From assembly GCA_964016885.1 (NCBI GenBank), contig OZ024754.1, positions 43,338,001 through 43,402,000 of the forward strand: a stretch of 64,000 nucleotides of DNA. The letters run 5' to 3'. Positions 13,983 through 28,325 of the stretch are shown in pieces. Position numbers and translations under genes: made by a program. Position 1 is the first letter of the stretch; each line of letters starts with the position of its first letter. Source of the DNA: Eledone cirrhosa. Lineage: Eukaryota. The notes below the pieces were generated by a model. That model saw only the letters and a program-made list of their open reading frames with translations. It had not been told where the DNA came from and did no database searches.

Positions 13983-14110
13983 GTAACAACAACAACAACA
14001 GCAACAGCAACAACATCAACAGTAACAACAACAACAACAACCACAACAACAACAACAGCAACAACAACAATAGTAACAACAACAGCAATAACAACAACAA
14101 CAAGCAACAA
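13666..14110. repeat. (CAA)n microsatellite
   Basis: Direct. Confidence 0.95.
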
Positions 14111-14508
14111 ACGCTTTAGAGAGGGGGCGGGGTAGTAAAGGGAAGTTTATTTGTCAACGTTTTTGTTTTTTGTTATTGTCTTTTTAACCAACTATGGCGG
14201 CGACAAACAATTATGGCCGACATGTCTTGGTGACATTTTTTCCATTTTGCTTCTTTGACGCGTATTTCATTTTATTTTATTTATTTTATGATTATTGTTG
14301 CTCGCTTTTTGTTATTGTGTCTGTTGTTATGATATTTATTATCTGTTCAAATCCCAGGCAAGCTCCAGTTTGACTTTCATCTTCCCACCATGCGATAGTA
14401 TAATGTACCAGTCATATATTGGAATCGAACTCATGGACTTAACCATCCCACAAGTTTCTGGCCATGGATCTCTGCTAGAAATAAATATTTTGATATTATG
14501 GGTTGTAG

Positions 14509-14627
<119 letters not shown>

Positions 14628-14894
14628 GTCCTTCTCTATCTATCTATCCATCTATTTATCTTTCTCTTTCTATCCATCTATCTTTCTGGACCACGTTTAG
14701 ATCTGGTGATTGATAAAATCCAATCGTTTCAAATGCACACCACATATAATATAATATAATATAATATAATATAATATAATATAATACAATACAATAAAAT
14801 ATAATATAATATAATATAATATAATACAATACAATAAAATATAATATATTATATTATAATAAAATATAATATATTATATTATAATAAAATATAA

Positions 14895-15070
14895 TTGTTT
14901 CTACTTTAGGCACCAGGCCAGCAATTACCCAGTGTATTACTGGTACTTTATTTTATCGACCCCCGTAAGGATGAAAGGCAAAGTCAACCTCGGCGGGATT
15001 TGAACTCAGATCGTAAAGGGACGTAACTATGCTGGAAAGCATGGCGTCCGAGCCTCTACCGATACTGCAA
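14895..15070 (-). mobile_element. SINE family 1, near full length, inside an (ATAAT)n repeat
   Basis: Reverse complement of 50582-50760. Confidence 0.9.
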
Positions 15071-15754
15071 TAAAATATAATATATTATATTGTAATAAAA
15101 TATAATATATTATATTATAATAAAATATAATATATTGTATTATAATAAAATATAATATAATGTAATATATAATATTATATAATATATAATATTATATTAT
15201 AATAAAATATAATATATTATATTATAATGTATTATGATATAATATATTATATTATATTATGATATAATATATCATATTATATTACAATATAATATAATAT
15301 ATTCAGAATTTGAAGGAATTTGGGCATATTCTCTGCCATATTGAAGCGAACGAAATATTAGGAAAAAATATTTATGTATGAAATTTCCGCATTTTTTCTT
15401 CCAATTTTGTACATAGCCATTCACCAGTCGCCATTTTGAAATTATGTTTTTGGTGGCAAAAATATATGTGGCTCTCTGATTCGCTTTCGTTTGCTATTTT
15501 TTTTAGTGATTCTTTGTAAGGGAGAGAATCACATATAATTAACAAGCCTTTGTTTGCTATTAATGAATAATCAAACTGATATTTTTCCTTTCAAGTGATA
15601 GATTTAGAGAGAGATTTACTACAGTTTAACTTTAAATAACTGTAAAATTGGTATCCATAGACAAACTGCCGTTTATAGTTTAACAGTTCCATTCCTAACT
15701 TTTCATGCACAGGATGTAGTGAGAGAGAGAGGGGGAGAGGAACAAAAGGTAGAG

Positions 15755-15825
<71 letters not shown>

Positions 15826-16013
15826 TGAAAATCGTGCCTATTTAATATATATATATATGAATATATTGACAGTATACAATCATTTTTTTTCCATTAAATT
15901 TTTTTTTGGCTAAGATTTTAGCATTTCTACCTCAACGTTACTTCATATAAAACGACTAATATTTCAATATATATTTATATATATACATATGTATATAAGT
16001 GTATGAATCTGTG

Positions 16014-16064
<51 letters not shown>

Positions 16065-16216
16065 TTTATATCTGTAGGTTATTTCACATATAAAGACACT
16101 AATATTTCAATATACAAAATTCAATAATACAATAGAAAAGAAATTTTCAATTGATCGTCAAATGTGACAATAATAATGGCGCAAAATATTTTTAATATCC
16201 GGACAGCCTCTGGCAT

Positions 16217-16254
<38 letters not shown>

Positions 16255-16389
16255 GGTGGTGGTATTGGTAGTGGTGGTGGTGGTGGTGGTAGCAGTAGTA
16301 GTAGTGGTGGTGTGTGGTGGTGGTGGTGGTGGTGGTGGTGGTGGTGGTGGGGGGTAATAGTAGTAGTAGTAGTAGTGGTAGTGGTAGTG

Positions 16390-16424
<35 letters not shown>

Positions 16425-16689
16425 TGTAGTAGAGGTAGTGGTCGTGGTAGTAGTAGTAGTGGTAGTAGTAGTGGAGGTAGTGGTGGTGGTTGTAGTAGTA
16501 GTGATAGTAGTAGTAGAGGTAGTGGTGGTGGTTGTTGTAGTAGTAGTAGTAGTAGAGGTAGTGGTGGTGGTGGTGGTAGTAGTAGTAGTAGTAGTGGAGG
16601 TAGTGGTGGTGGTTGTAGTAGTAGTAGTAGTAGTAGTGTTGGTGGTAGTAGTAGAGGTAGTGGTGGTGGTTGTAGTAGTGGTGGTGGTT

Positions 16690-16727
<38 letters not shown>

Positions 16728-17118
16728 TGTGAGTAATAAATTAGTAGTCTGTTGTAGAAGAGGTGGTACCATATTGGCGAAAAGGTTATGTTGTAAAGTG
16801 GTAAGACGTAGAGGTGTGGTGTGGTGGTGGAATTGTGGGTTGTGTTGTGGTGTGATGGTGTGTTGTGGTGGTGAGGTGGTGGTGGTGGTGTGGTGGTGGT
16901 GTGGTGGTGTTGTGGTATGGTGGTGGTGGTGTGGTGGTGTGGTGGTGGTGTGGTGGTGGTGTAGTGGTGGTGTGGTATGGTGGTGGTATGGTGGTGGTGG
17001 TGTGGTGGTGGAATTGTGGGTTGTGTTGTGGTGTGGTGGTGGTGGTGAGGTGGTGGTGTGGTGGTGGTGTAGTGGTGTTGTGGTATGGTGGTGGTGATGT
17101 GGTGGTGGTGTGGTGGTG
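16217..17118. repeat. (GTA)/(GTG) compound microsatellite
   Basis: Direct. Confidence 0.9.
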
Positions 17119-17416
17119 CTGTGATTTTGTCAGTGATTTTTAATGCACTTTTCGAATCATTAAAAAACTTTGGCATAAAACAATAAAACAATAAAAGTGA
17201 AGGCAATAATCAATAGAATCGATACAACAAAGTGATAGGATATAATTCGATTAACAGCCACAGAGATCAATATCAACGTCAACTCTCAAAGATTTTTTTT
17301 TAGTAAAGCTGATGTAGATTTCGTGTAAAATGTTCGAAACACAGGAGGATGTTATAAGTGTGTGTGAGAGAGAGAGAGAAAAAGAGAGAGAGAGGAAGGG
17401 TGAGGGAGAGAGTGAG

Positions 17417-17457
<41 letters not shown>

Positions 17458-17674
17458 CAGAGAGCTTGTGTAAGTGAATGGGTTAGTGGCAAATTTTCTC
17501 TTATTTGTAAATAATCGTTAAGACTATCGTCTCGTCTTTTGTCCGTTTGTCACTGTCCCTTGTCCTCTGGAGCTAGTGGTATCGATCTTAAACAACCGAA
17601 ACAACGTACCTTTAGCTGTCGACTGATAAGATGTCTCTATTCGGTCATTTTATTGTCTTAGCCCCAATTTTTTA

Positions 17675-17730
<56 letters not shown>

Positions 17731-17868
17731 CATACATAACACATACATACATGCTTAAATATATATACACGGACGCCTATATATAAATATATATATTACA
17801 TTCGCACATATAAAAATATGCATATATTTGTAAACAGATACTTACACACACACACACACACACACACT

Positions 17869-17908
<40 letters not shown>

Positions 17909-18473
17909 TGTGTGTGTATGTGTATGTTTCTATGTCTCTGTGTGTGCCTGTGTGTCTGTCTGTGTGTGTGTCTGTGTGTCTGTCTGTCTGTGTGTCTGTA
18001 TGTGTCTGTCTGTGTGTCTGTGTGTGTGTCTGTGTGTGTGTGTGTATGTCTGTGTGTGTGTGTGTGTGTGTCTCTGTGTGTGTGTGTGTCTGTGTGTGTG
18101 TGTGTGCTCGCTAAAATATGCCAGACGAAGCACGAACTTGAAACGTAGATAACAAACACAAAATATTTTGAGAGCGACATGCAAATTTCTGTTTATCAAC
18201 AATATGGGTGGGGCAAAATACCCCGGGGGTGCGTCCTATATACTAGATTCACATACAATAGGGCCTATTTCACATGTGTGTAATACGATAAGTTGCAAAA
18301 CCTTCGATTATCCGTGCGATTAGTTGACATGGTTGTTGGTTCCCCGAGGCTATAGAAGCACACAATTTCCCAAGACTCCAAGCATTGAGGACAGAACACC
18401 AGGTTATGTAATTGTGAAGGGTTCCTTAACAACAGAAATATACCAGCCCCCGTAAGGTTGGTCATGTTATTAA

Positions 18474-19208
18474 CCCTTTAGCATTTAAACCGGCCATATC
18501 CAGCCAGAATTCTCTCACCTCTTTCTGTTCAAACCGACCATAACTGGCCTCTCATACTTATTTTAAGGCATTGTTCTTAAAATAAATGATATTAAAATTT
18601 CGTAGATTCCATACTATGTGAGATATTTATGCGAGGAAAGTGTTTACCACAAAAATACAATAGTATCAGTCGAAAGTTGATCAACTTTCGATCAACTTTC
18701 AGTGATGTGTTGTGTCTTTTGTCACGTAAATAAGTTGCGATGTTATTGGTGCCACGGTGTATCGGCCTTTACCGTTCCATTGGACAACATCATATATAGT
18801 AGAGAGGAGAGACTGGTATACATGGGTGACATCTAGTATTTAACAAAATCACTTTGCCCCGGTCTTGTGGCTCAGAGGGGAGTTTTCTGGTGCAAAACCC
18901 ATAGTATTTCGTGACCTAAGGGACCTTTACCTTATATACAGAGTCGATCGACTTTCGTCAAATCGGACCGAGGAAACAATGTTTCCGTTGGTCTTTCCAA
19001 TTGCTAACACTATCTATCGGTCGCAACTCCAGGTAGAAAGAGCGACGTGAAATAAAGTGTCTTGTTCAAGAACATAACGCATCGCCTGGTCCAGGAATCG
19101 AACTCCCAACCTCACGATTGCGAATCCAACTCTCTAACCACTCAGCCACGCGCCTTCACTAAATACACATACAATAGTTATACATAGAGTAATGTAAATG
19201 CTACAGGG
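18474..19208 (+). mobile_element. piggyBac-like MITE with a nested SINE
   Basis: TTAA|CCCTTTAGCATTTA ... TAAATGCTACAGGG|TTAA. Confidence 0.8.
18665..19168 (-). mobile_element. tRNA-headed SINE family 2, apparently full length (~500 bp)
   Basis: Minus-strand A box TGGCTGAGTGG and B box GAGTTCGATTCC; ttgaacaagacacttta core; 10-bp TSD ATACAATAGT at 18655-18664 and 19169-19178. Confidence 0.85.
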
Positions 19209-19613
19209 TTAAATAGCTCAGCTGTCATCTCGAACGTTCCGGGATGGTTTCTAACAAACAACGTGACCAACTAACAACACATACTTTTAAAATACTCTCT
19301 GTATGTGAAACAGTAAGGATATGTAAAACATTTCTAAAGTTGAACACATAATTCCACCATTGTTGTTATTGAAATACCAAAGATTGAAATGTGTTTCGTT
19401 CTTAAAACTCCACATGTTTTTTACAGGAAGAATTCGAAAAATTAATGAAAAGATAACATAGTTATACGCATATATGTGTATATACATGTATATATATATG
19501 CACATGTATATATACACATGTATATAATATGTATATAATTGTGTATGCATCTATTTCTATTCACAAGAAAGACCCTTGCACCATTCTCTGCTAACACATG
19601 ATACTGCCAGTTC

Positions 19614-19800
19614 ATTGTTTCTACTTTTGGCACAAGGCCAGCAATTACCCCAGCGCATTACTGGTACTTTATTTTATCGACCCCGTAAGAATGAAAGGTA
19701 AAGTTAACCACGGCGGGATTTGAACTCAGATCATAAAGGGCCATAACTCTGTGTTATAAAACATGGTGTCTGACGCTCTACCGATACTGCCAAGCCACCG
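19614..19800 (-). mobile_element. SINE family 1, full length
   Basis: Matches 50582-50760. Confidence 0.9.
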
Positions 19801-19858
19801 AAAAATAATACACAACATAAAATCTCTAATGCACACACACACGCATGCACATATATAC

Positions 19859-19893
<35 letters not shown>

Positions 19894-19937
19894 TGTATGT
19901 ATGTATGTATGTATGTATGTATGTATGTATGTATGTA

Positions 19938-19982
<45 letters not shown>

Positions 19983-20212
19983 GTAAGTATGTGCGTGATT
20001 AAGGAAGTGAGGTCCAGGAATAGAATTGTTAACTTTCGTAGCATTAAGAAACTTGAAGATATAGTCACCCGATGCTAATAACTATAATAATAGTTGAAGA
20101 CATCGGGTAAAGTACCCCCAGAGGACGGAAAAATAGGGCAGCGACCTAGTTATGTGCGTCGGGGCTATATATTCATAGGCACGCAGACATACACACACTA
20201 TCACAAATATAT

Positions 20213-20280
<68 letters not shown>

Positions 20281-20354
20281 TAAGGTACTCAATACATAGC
20301 AGAGTATAAATATTTAATATAGAAATGAAACAATATTCTAGTCCTGTAGAAGCC

Positions 20355-20431
<77 letters not shown>

Positions 20432-20577
20432 TATATATATAAATATATATATATAAATATATATATATATACATGTATGTATATGTGTATGTGTTCATAA
20501 ATATGTATATACATATATATATGTCTGCTACATATATATGAATATATGTATGTATGCATACACACACACAAACACAC

Positions 20578-20628
<51 letters not shown>

Positions 20629-21077
20629 CATACACATATACGAATGTATACAAATATGTGTGTATATATTACACACATGACATCATATCAAGTAAACAGG
20701 AACGAAATGAAGAGAAATGTATAAACAAAATAACAAAAACACACAAACAAACAAATAAAATAGAATAAAATAAAAATAGATAAACATAAAATAAACAAAT
20801 AAAGCAAACAAATAAAATAAACGTAAACAAATAAAAGAGACTAAGGCGAAATTCCCCCCAAATAATCAAATTGCCATTAAGTTACCTGGATATCATACCT
20901 GTAATTAGCTACCGTATTTATCTCTTTCATCTTATTATCGCTCTACCGACTTACTTTGTGTGTGTATATATAGGTGTGTGTGTGTGTGTGTGCAGGTGTG
21001 TGTGTGTGTGTGTAGGAATAACTATCTATCTATCTATCTATCTACTATCTATGTATATGTGTGTGTGTGTATGTATA

Positions 21078-21123
<46 letters not shown>

Positions 21124-21851
21124 CTACATAAACAGACATACATGTGTGTACACATGCATATGTATATACATATATATATATATATATATATGTTTATAAA
21201 TATATATATATACACACACATATATACATATTTATACATATATATAATCTTTCCACCTTTCTTTTTTATCATTAGCACGATTATCGCTAACCATACCACC
21301 ACCACCACCACCACTACCACTGCCACTATTACCACCGCCACCACCACCACCACCACCACTGCCACCACCACCACTGCCACCATTACCACTGCCACCACTA
21401 TACCACCGCCACCACTACCACCACCGCCACTATACCACCACCACATCACCACCACCACCACTATACCACCACCACCACCACATCACCACCACCACCACCA
21501 CCACACCACCACCACCACATCACCACCACCACCATCGCCATATTATCGCCATCAACATTATTTTCCTTATTAATAAGACATATTTGTTGCTAGTCTTCCT
21601 TCCTTATCCCATAACCGATTCTTCAGGGGAGAAATATTTTATCATACACCGTAAAAGCTTTCTATCAGTACGCATCGTTGCCTCTCACTACAGCGGATCG
21701 ACTGCCCCCCTCTCTGCCTCCTTCTCACTCTCTAACTCACCCCCACCTTTTCTTCAACCACTCTCCCCCATTCTCTCTCTCTCGTTCTCTCTCTATATAT
21801 CTCTGTATATATATATACATACATACATACATACATACATACATACATACA

Positions 21852-21960
<109 letters not shown>

Positions 21961-22198
21961 AAGTATGTGTGTATACGTACATACATATATGTATACAGAC
22001 GTACAGTAGCGTGCACATATATACATATATATATATATACATATATATATACATATACATACAGGTACACATACATATATGCAAATTCAGGCTGTTCAGT
22101 TTGTTTACAAACGAACAAAGCGGCGTTATAATAAGCGTCTGCTAAACTGATACGTGCATATATGTATCTGTACCTGTATGTATATGTATATATATATG

Positions 22199-22229
<31 letters not shown>

Positions 22230-22410
22230 GTGCATGCTACTGTACGTCTGTATACATATATGTATGTACGTATACACACTTACTTACATTTAAGTAAGTG
22301 CCGTACTAAGAGTGAGAAATGAAATTTCGTTTTCATTTATTTCAACTATATATATATATATATATTAATTCAAAATATTAACAAAAATAGACATTCTTGT
22401 GATCAAGTAT

Positions 22411-22475
22411 ATTTTATTATACATATTTCAGAGGTACTGAGCTATCTTCAACAGTACTTCCTCATCAGATAAAAT
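22411..22475 (-). ncRNA. Type I hammerhead ribozyme motif
   Basis: attttat CTGATGA ggaa-gtactg..cagtac-ctct GAA ATATGTAT A ataaaat. Confidence 0.8.
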
Positions 22476-22609
22476 AAGATGTTGCATGACATACCCTGAC
22501 TTAATAGATGGTTAAGATTCAGTCATAAATCTTAACCATCTTCTGAATCTTAACCATTATGACTAAATCTTAACCATCTACTAAGTCAGGGTATGTCATG
22601 CAACATCTT

Positions 22610-22674
22610 ATTTTATCTGATGAGGACGTACTGTTGAAGATAACTCAGTACCCCTGAAATATGTATAATAAAAT
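22610..22674 (+). ncRNA. Type I hammerhead ribozyme motif
   Basis: attttat CTGATGA ggac-gtactg..cagtac-ccct GAA ATATGTAT A ataaaat; 7-bp helix I; predicted cleavage after 22667. Confidence 0.8.
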
Positions 22675-22813
22675 ATATTTGATCACACGAATGTCTATTT
22701 TTGTTAATATTTTGAAATAATATTAATAACTCCGGAAAACCATAACTGTTGAGTGCTTCCAATCTATTGTAAAACTCATTCTTTGATGTATTCATTGAAC
22801 CTTGTTTAACCTT

Positions 22814-22855
<42 letters not shown>

Positions 22856-22909
22856 AAGATTTGCACGCATAGACATATACACAGATTTACACACGTCTAT
22901 CTGTATGTA

Positions 22910-22969
<60 letters not shown>

Positions 22970-23144
22970 TGTGTGTGATTGTGTGACTGGTATATATATA
23001 TATACCAGTCACACAATCACACACACACACACATATATATATATATGTATACACACTATTTACATACACACACAAAACCCCATCATAACCTGCTCCACTG
23101 AATTGGAAAATATACATGTAGATTTGCTTATTTGCGGTCAATCA

Positions 23145-23348
23145 TCTACTACCACTACTACTACTACTACTACCACTAATACTGCCACCAGCACTACTTC
23201 TACTACTACTACCACTACAACTACTACTACCACCAGCACTACTTCTACTACTACCACTACCACTACTACTACTACTACAACTACTACCACCACCACCACC
23301 ACCACCAACATCACTACCAACAAAAACAACAACTACTACTACTACCAA

Positions 23349-23403
<55 letters not shown>

Positions 23404-23935
23404 GCTGCTACTGCCACCAGCACTAGTACTACTACCAGCACTACTTCTATTACTACCACTACTACTACTAGTACTACTACTACCACTACCACTACTACTG
23501 CTACCAGCACTAGTACTACCACCAGCACTACTACTACTACTACTACTACTACTGCCACCAGCACTACTTCTATTACTACCACTACTACTACTAGTACTAC
23601 TACTACCACTACTACTACTACTGCCACCAGCACTAGTACTACCACCAGCACTACTTCTATTACTACCACTACTACTACTAGTACTACTACTACCACTACC
23701 ACTACTACTGCTACCAGCACTAGTACTACCACCAGCACTACTACTACTACTACTACTGCCACCAGCACTACTTCTATTACTACCACTACTACTACTAGTA
23801 CTACTACTACCACTACCACTACTACTGCCACCAGCACTACTTCTATTACTACCACTACTACTATTACTACCACTACTACTACTAGTACTACTACTACCAC
23901 TACCACTACTACTGCTACCAGCACTACTTCTATTA

Positions 23936-23978
<43 letters not shown>

Positions 23979-24005
23979 CACTACCACTACTACTGCTACC
24001 AGCAC
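23145..24005. repeat. (CTA)n-derived compound repeat with higher-order units
   Basis: Direct. Confidence 0.9.
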
Positions 24006-24019
24006 TATTTCTAGCACTA

Positions 24020-24150
24020 TCCTGTCGAGATTAACTTTGCCTTTCATCCTTTCGGGGTCGAGAAATAAAGTACCAGTAATACACTGGAGTCGTTTTAATC
24101 GACATTCCCCTTTCCCAAAATTACTGGCCTTGTGTCTAAATCAGAAACCA
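24020..24150 (+). mobile_element. SINE family 1, 3' part
   Basis: actttgcctttcatcctttcggggtcgagaaataaagtaccagt. Confidence 0.8.
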
Positions 24151-24171
24151 ATATAGATACTAAAGTGTGTA

Positions 24172-25797
24172 TATCGATCCACATGGTCTGATGAATGACT
24201 ATCGATCCACATGGTCTGATGAATGTCTATCGATCCGCATGGTCTGATGAATGACTATCGATCCGCATGGTCTGATATGAATGACTATCGATCCACATGG
24301 TCTGATATGAATGACTATCGATCCACATGGTCTGATGAATGTCTATCGATCCGCATGGTCTGATATGAATGACTATCGATCCACATGGTCTGATATGAAT
24401 GACTATCGATCCACATGGTCTGATATGAATGACTATCGATCCACATGGTCTGATGAATGTCTATCGATCCGCATGGTCTGATATGAATGACTATCGATCC
24501 ACATGGTCTGATGAATGACTATCGATCCACATGGTCTGATGAATGACTATCGATCCACATGGTCTGATGAATGACTATCGATCCGCATGGTCTGATGAAT
24601 GACTATCGATCCGCATGGTCTGATGAATGACTATCGATCCGCATGGTCTGATGAATGACTATCGATCCACATGGTCTGATGAATGACTATCGATCCACAT
24701 GGTCTGATGAATGACTATCGATCCACATGGTCTGATGAATGACTATCGATCCGCATGGTCTGATGAATGACTATCGATCCGCATGGTCTGATGAATGACT
24801 ATCGATCCACATGGTCTGATGAATGACTATCGATCCACATGGTCTGATGAATGACTATCGATCCGCATGGTCTGATGAATGACTATCGATCCGCATGGTC
24901 TGATGAATGACTATCGATCCGCATGGTCTGATGAATGACTATCGATCCGCATGGTCTGATGAATGACTATCGATCCACATGGTCTGATGAATGACTATCG
25001 ATCCACATGGTCTGATATGAATGACTATCGATCCACATGGTCTGATATGAATGACTATCGATCCACATGGTCTGATGAATGACTATCGATCCACATGGTC
25101 TGATATGAATGACTATCGATCCACATGGTCTGATGAATGACTATCGATCCACGTGGTCTGATGAATGACTATCGATCCACATGGTCTGATGAATGACTAT
25201 CGATCCACATGGTCTGATGAATGACTATCGATCCACATGGTCTGATGAATGACTATCGATCCACATGGTCTGATATGAATGACTATCGATCCACATGGTC
25301 TGATATGAATGACTATCGATCCACATGGTCTGATATGAATGACTATCGATCCACATGGTCTGATGAATGACTATCGATCCACATGGTCTGATATGAATGT
25401 CTATCGATCCGCATGGTCTGATATGAATGACTATCGATCCACATGGTCTGATATGAATGACTATCGATCCACATGGTCTGATGAATGACTATCGATCCAC
25501 ATGGTCTGATATGAATGTCTATCGATCCGCATGGTCTGATATGAATGACTATCGATCCACATGGTCTGATGAATGACTATCGATCCACATGGTCTGATGA
25601 ATGACTATCGATCCACATGGTCTGATATGAATGTCTATCGATCCACATGGTCTGATATGAATGACTATCGATCCACATGGTCTGATGAATGACTATCGAT
25701 CCACATGGTCTGATATGAATGACTATCGATCCGCATGGTCTGATGAATGACTATCGATCCACATGGTCTGATATGAATGACTATCGATCCACATGGT
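24172..25797. repeat. Homogeneous minisatellite, 28-bp unit TATCGATCCRCATGGTCTGATGAATGWC with a 30-bp (+AT) variant
   Basis: Roughly 55-58 head-to-tail units, no unique spacers. Confidence 0.97.
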
Positions 25798-25899
25798 GTG
25801 TGTGTGACAGCTCACACCGATGGAGGTTTAGCTGGCCTCCTCCAAGGTATATCTCGTTGGAGGTGTCTTGGGTGATTTAATGATAGGGACCCCAGTCCC

Positions 25900-26032
25900 T
25901 ATCATCTCATTTCTACAGCTGAGTAAACTGGAGCAATGTGAAATAAAGTGTCTTGTTCAAGGAAACAACACCTCACCCGGTCCGAGAATTGAACTCACAA
26001 CCTTTCTCTAACCACTAAGCCCTGCGCCTCCA
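25900..26032 (-). mobile_element. SINE family 2-related fragment
   Basis: gtgaaataaagtgtcttgttcaagg...aaccactaagcc. Confidence 0.7.
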
Positions 26033-26274
26033 CAAGGGACTAAAGTATGACTGAAGAAAGGACACTTACTTAACTGATAAGCAATAAATAGTTCTGATAT
26101 GGGGAACATTAAAAAGCTGTAAACATTTTTAAATTTCAAAAGATAAACAATAACGCAAGAGGCAACAGAAATTAGCTTTTCTTTGCAAGGTTGCCACCGG
26201 GAGGATGTCTGGTCAAATATAAACTCAAATTTAAGAGCAAGAAACAAATATATATATATTTGTTTCTTGCTCTT

Positions 26275-26334
26275 ATATATATATATATATATATATATCT
26301 TTATATGTACATTTCTCACACACACACACACTCT

Positions 26335-26417
<83 letters not shown>

Positions 26418-26478
26418 TATATATATATACGTATATATACATATATATGTATATATATATATATACATGTATATATGT

Positions 26479-26538
<60 letters not shown>

Positions 26539-26572
26539 TTATATGTACATTTCTCACACACACACACACTCT

Positions 26573-26655
<83 letters not shown>

Positions 26656-26735
26656 TATATATATATACATATATATACATATATATGTATGTATATATAT
26701 ATATACATGTATATATGTACATCTCTCTCTCTTTC
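26275..26735. repeat. Tandem duplication (~237 bp x2) of a CA/CT/TA compound microsatellite
   Basis: ctttatatgtacatttctcacacac occurs at ~26299 and ~26537. Confidence 0.85.
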
Positions 26736-26836
26736 TATATATATATATATATATAAAAGGTAAAACAATAACAAGAACTTCAACAACAACACCACCAACA
26801 ACACTGACAACAAGATAGAGGGAAACTAAAAACAAA

Positions 26837-26873
<37 letters not shown>

Positions 26874-27156
26874 GATCCAATGTCAGTTGTAATCTTACCT
26901 ACCTCCCCACCTACCTAGCCATCAACCTCTCTACCTCCCTCACTGCCTCTCCACCTCCCACCCTTCCTCTGTACCTACCTCTCACCCTACCTATCTATAT
27001 ATCTACCTCCTACACCCCCTCCCTCCCTCCCTACCTACCTACCTAACCCTTCTTGTACTTTTAGTTAATTCTCTTTGACAGATGTCCGACATTACTGTTG
27101 AAACGAGCAGTATATAGGGCCGTGTTGTGTGTATATATACACACACACCCACATAT

Positions 27157-27217
<61 letters not shown>

Positions 27218-27420
27218 CACACACCCACATATATATATGTATATATATACACACCCACACATATATATATATATACATATACATACATATATATATATAT
27301 ACACACACACATATATATATATACATATACATATACATACATATATATATACACACACACATATATACATTTATATATATATATACATATATAGAGGTAA
27401 ATATATATATATATATATGA

Positions 27421-27471
<51 letters not shown>

Positions 27472-27760
27472 CATACATATATATATATATATACACACAC
27501 ACACATATATATACATTTATATATATATATATACATATATATATAGAGGTACATATATATATGAGTATATATATATATATGAGTATATATATATATATAT
27601 ATACATATAAATATATACATATATATATATGTGTGTGTGTGTGTGTACATATATATATATATATATATATTTATTAAAATAACAGATTAAAGTTTAAGCA
27701 AAGAATCGCTGCTTTCACCAAACCACGACACACGTACACATACATGCACACACACACACT

Positions 27761-27796
<36 letters not shown>

Positions 27797-27953
27797 CACA
27801 TAGAGAAACAGAGGCCCCACTTGTGTGTGTATGTAGTAAGTATATTAACCCTGATCCTGCAGCCTGTTATTCTGCATTTTCCGCGATGTGTGGCTTGTCA
27901 GACAAACAGACGATGGATAGATAAACTGAAGCATAACAGGGGGTATATAGAAA

Positions 27954-27992
<39 letters not shown>

Positions 27993-28024
27993 TAAATGGA
28001 AACTGTATTTATAAAAGCATATTT

Positions 28025-28088
28025 ATTTTATTATACATATTTCAAGCGCAACCAAGGTAAATTATGGTGCGCTTTCATCAGATAAAAT
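28025..28088 (-). ncRNA. Type I hammerhead ribozyme motif (family C; element 27989-28200)
   Basis: attttat CTGATGA aagcgca..tgcgctt GAA ATATGTAT A ataaaat; 7-bp helix I and 7-bp helix II. Confidence 0.85.
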
Positions 28089-28261
28089 ACAGATTTGGTT
28101 TATAAATAAATATTGACATACCCGGAAAAAAGACAACCTTAAATGTTGGAGCTTCCTGGATAAGCTTGTTGAATCCCAACAAATTAAATACAACCTCTGC
28201 ATATATATATATATATATATGATATTAAATAAATGGAAACTATATTTATAAAACCATATTT

Positions 28262-28325
28262 ATTTCATTATATATATTTCAGGGATATCATATTAACAAT
28301 ATGTTATGCCTTCTTCAGACAAAAT
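28262..28325 (-). ncRNA. Type I hammerhead ribozyme motif (family D; element ~28223-28390)
   Basis: attttgt CTGAAGA agg..catatt..aatatg..cct GAA ATATATAT A atgaaat; helix I has two G-U pairs. Confidence 0.8.

Larger units (their letters stand above)
22367..22817. mobile_element. Fold-back element family B, two divergent hammerheads plus a 3' tail
   Basis: About 160-bp inverted arms (22367-22527 / ~22558-22718); the tail runs to (TA)n at 22817. Confidence 0.85.

Noticed and set aside
24172-25797. CRISPR array, tandem hammerheads or C/D snoRNA array
   Set aside because: No unique spacers and no cas genes; CTGATGA is never followed by GAAA; the TGATGA-CTGA spacing is too short and simply follows from the period
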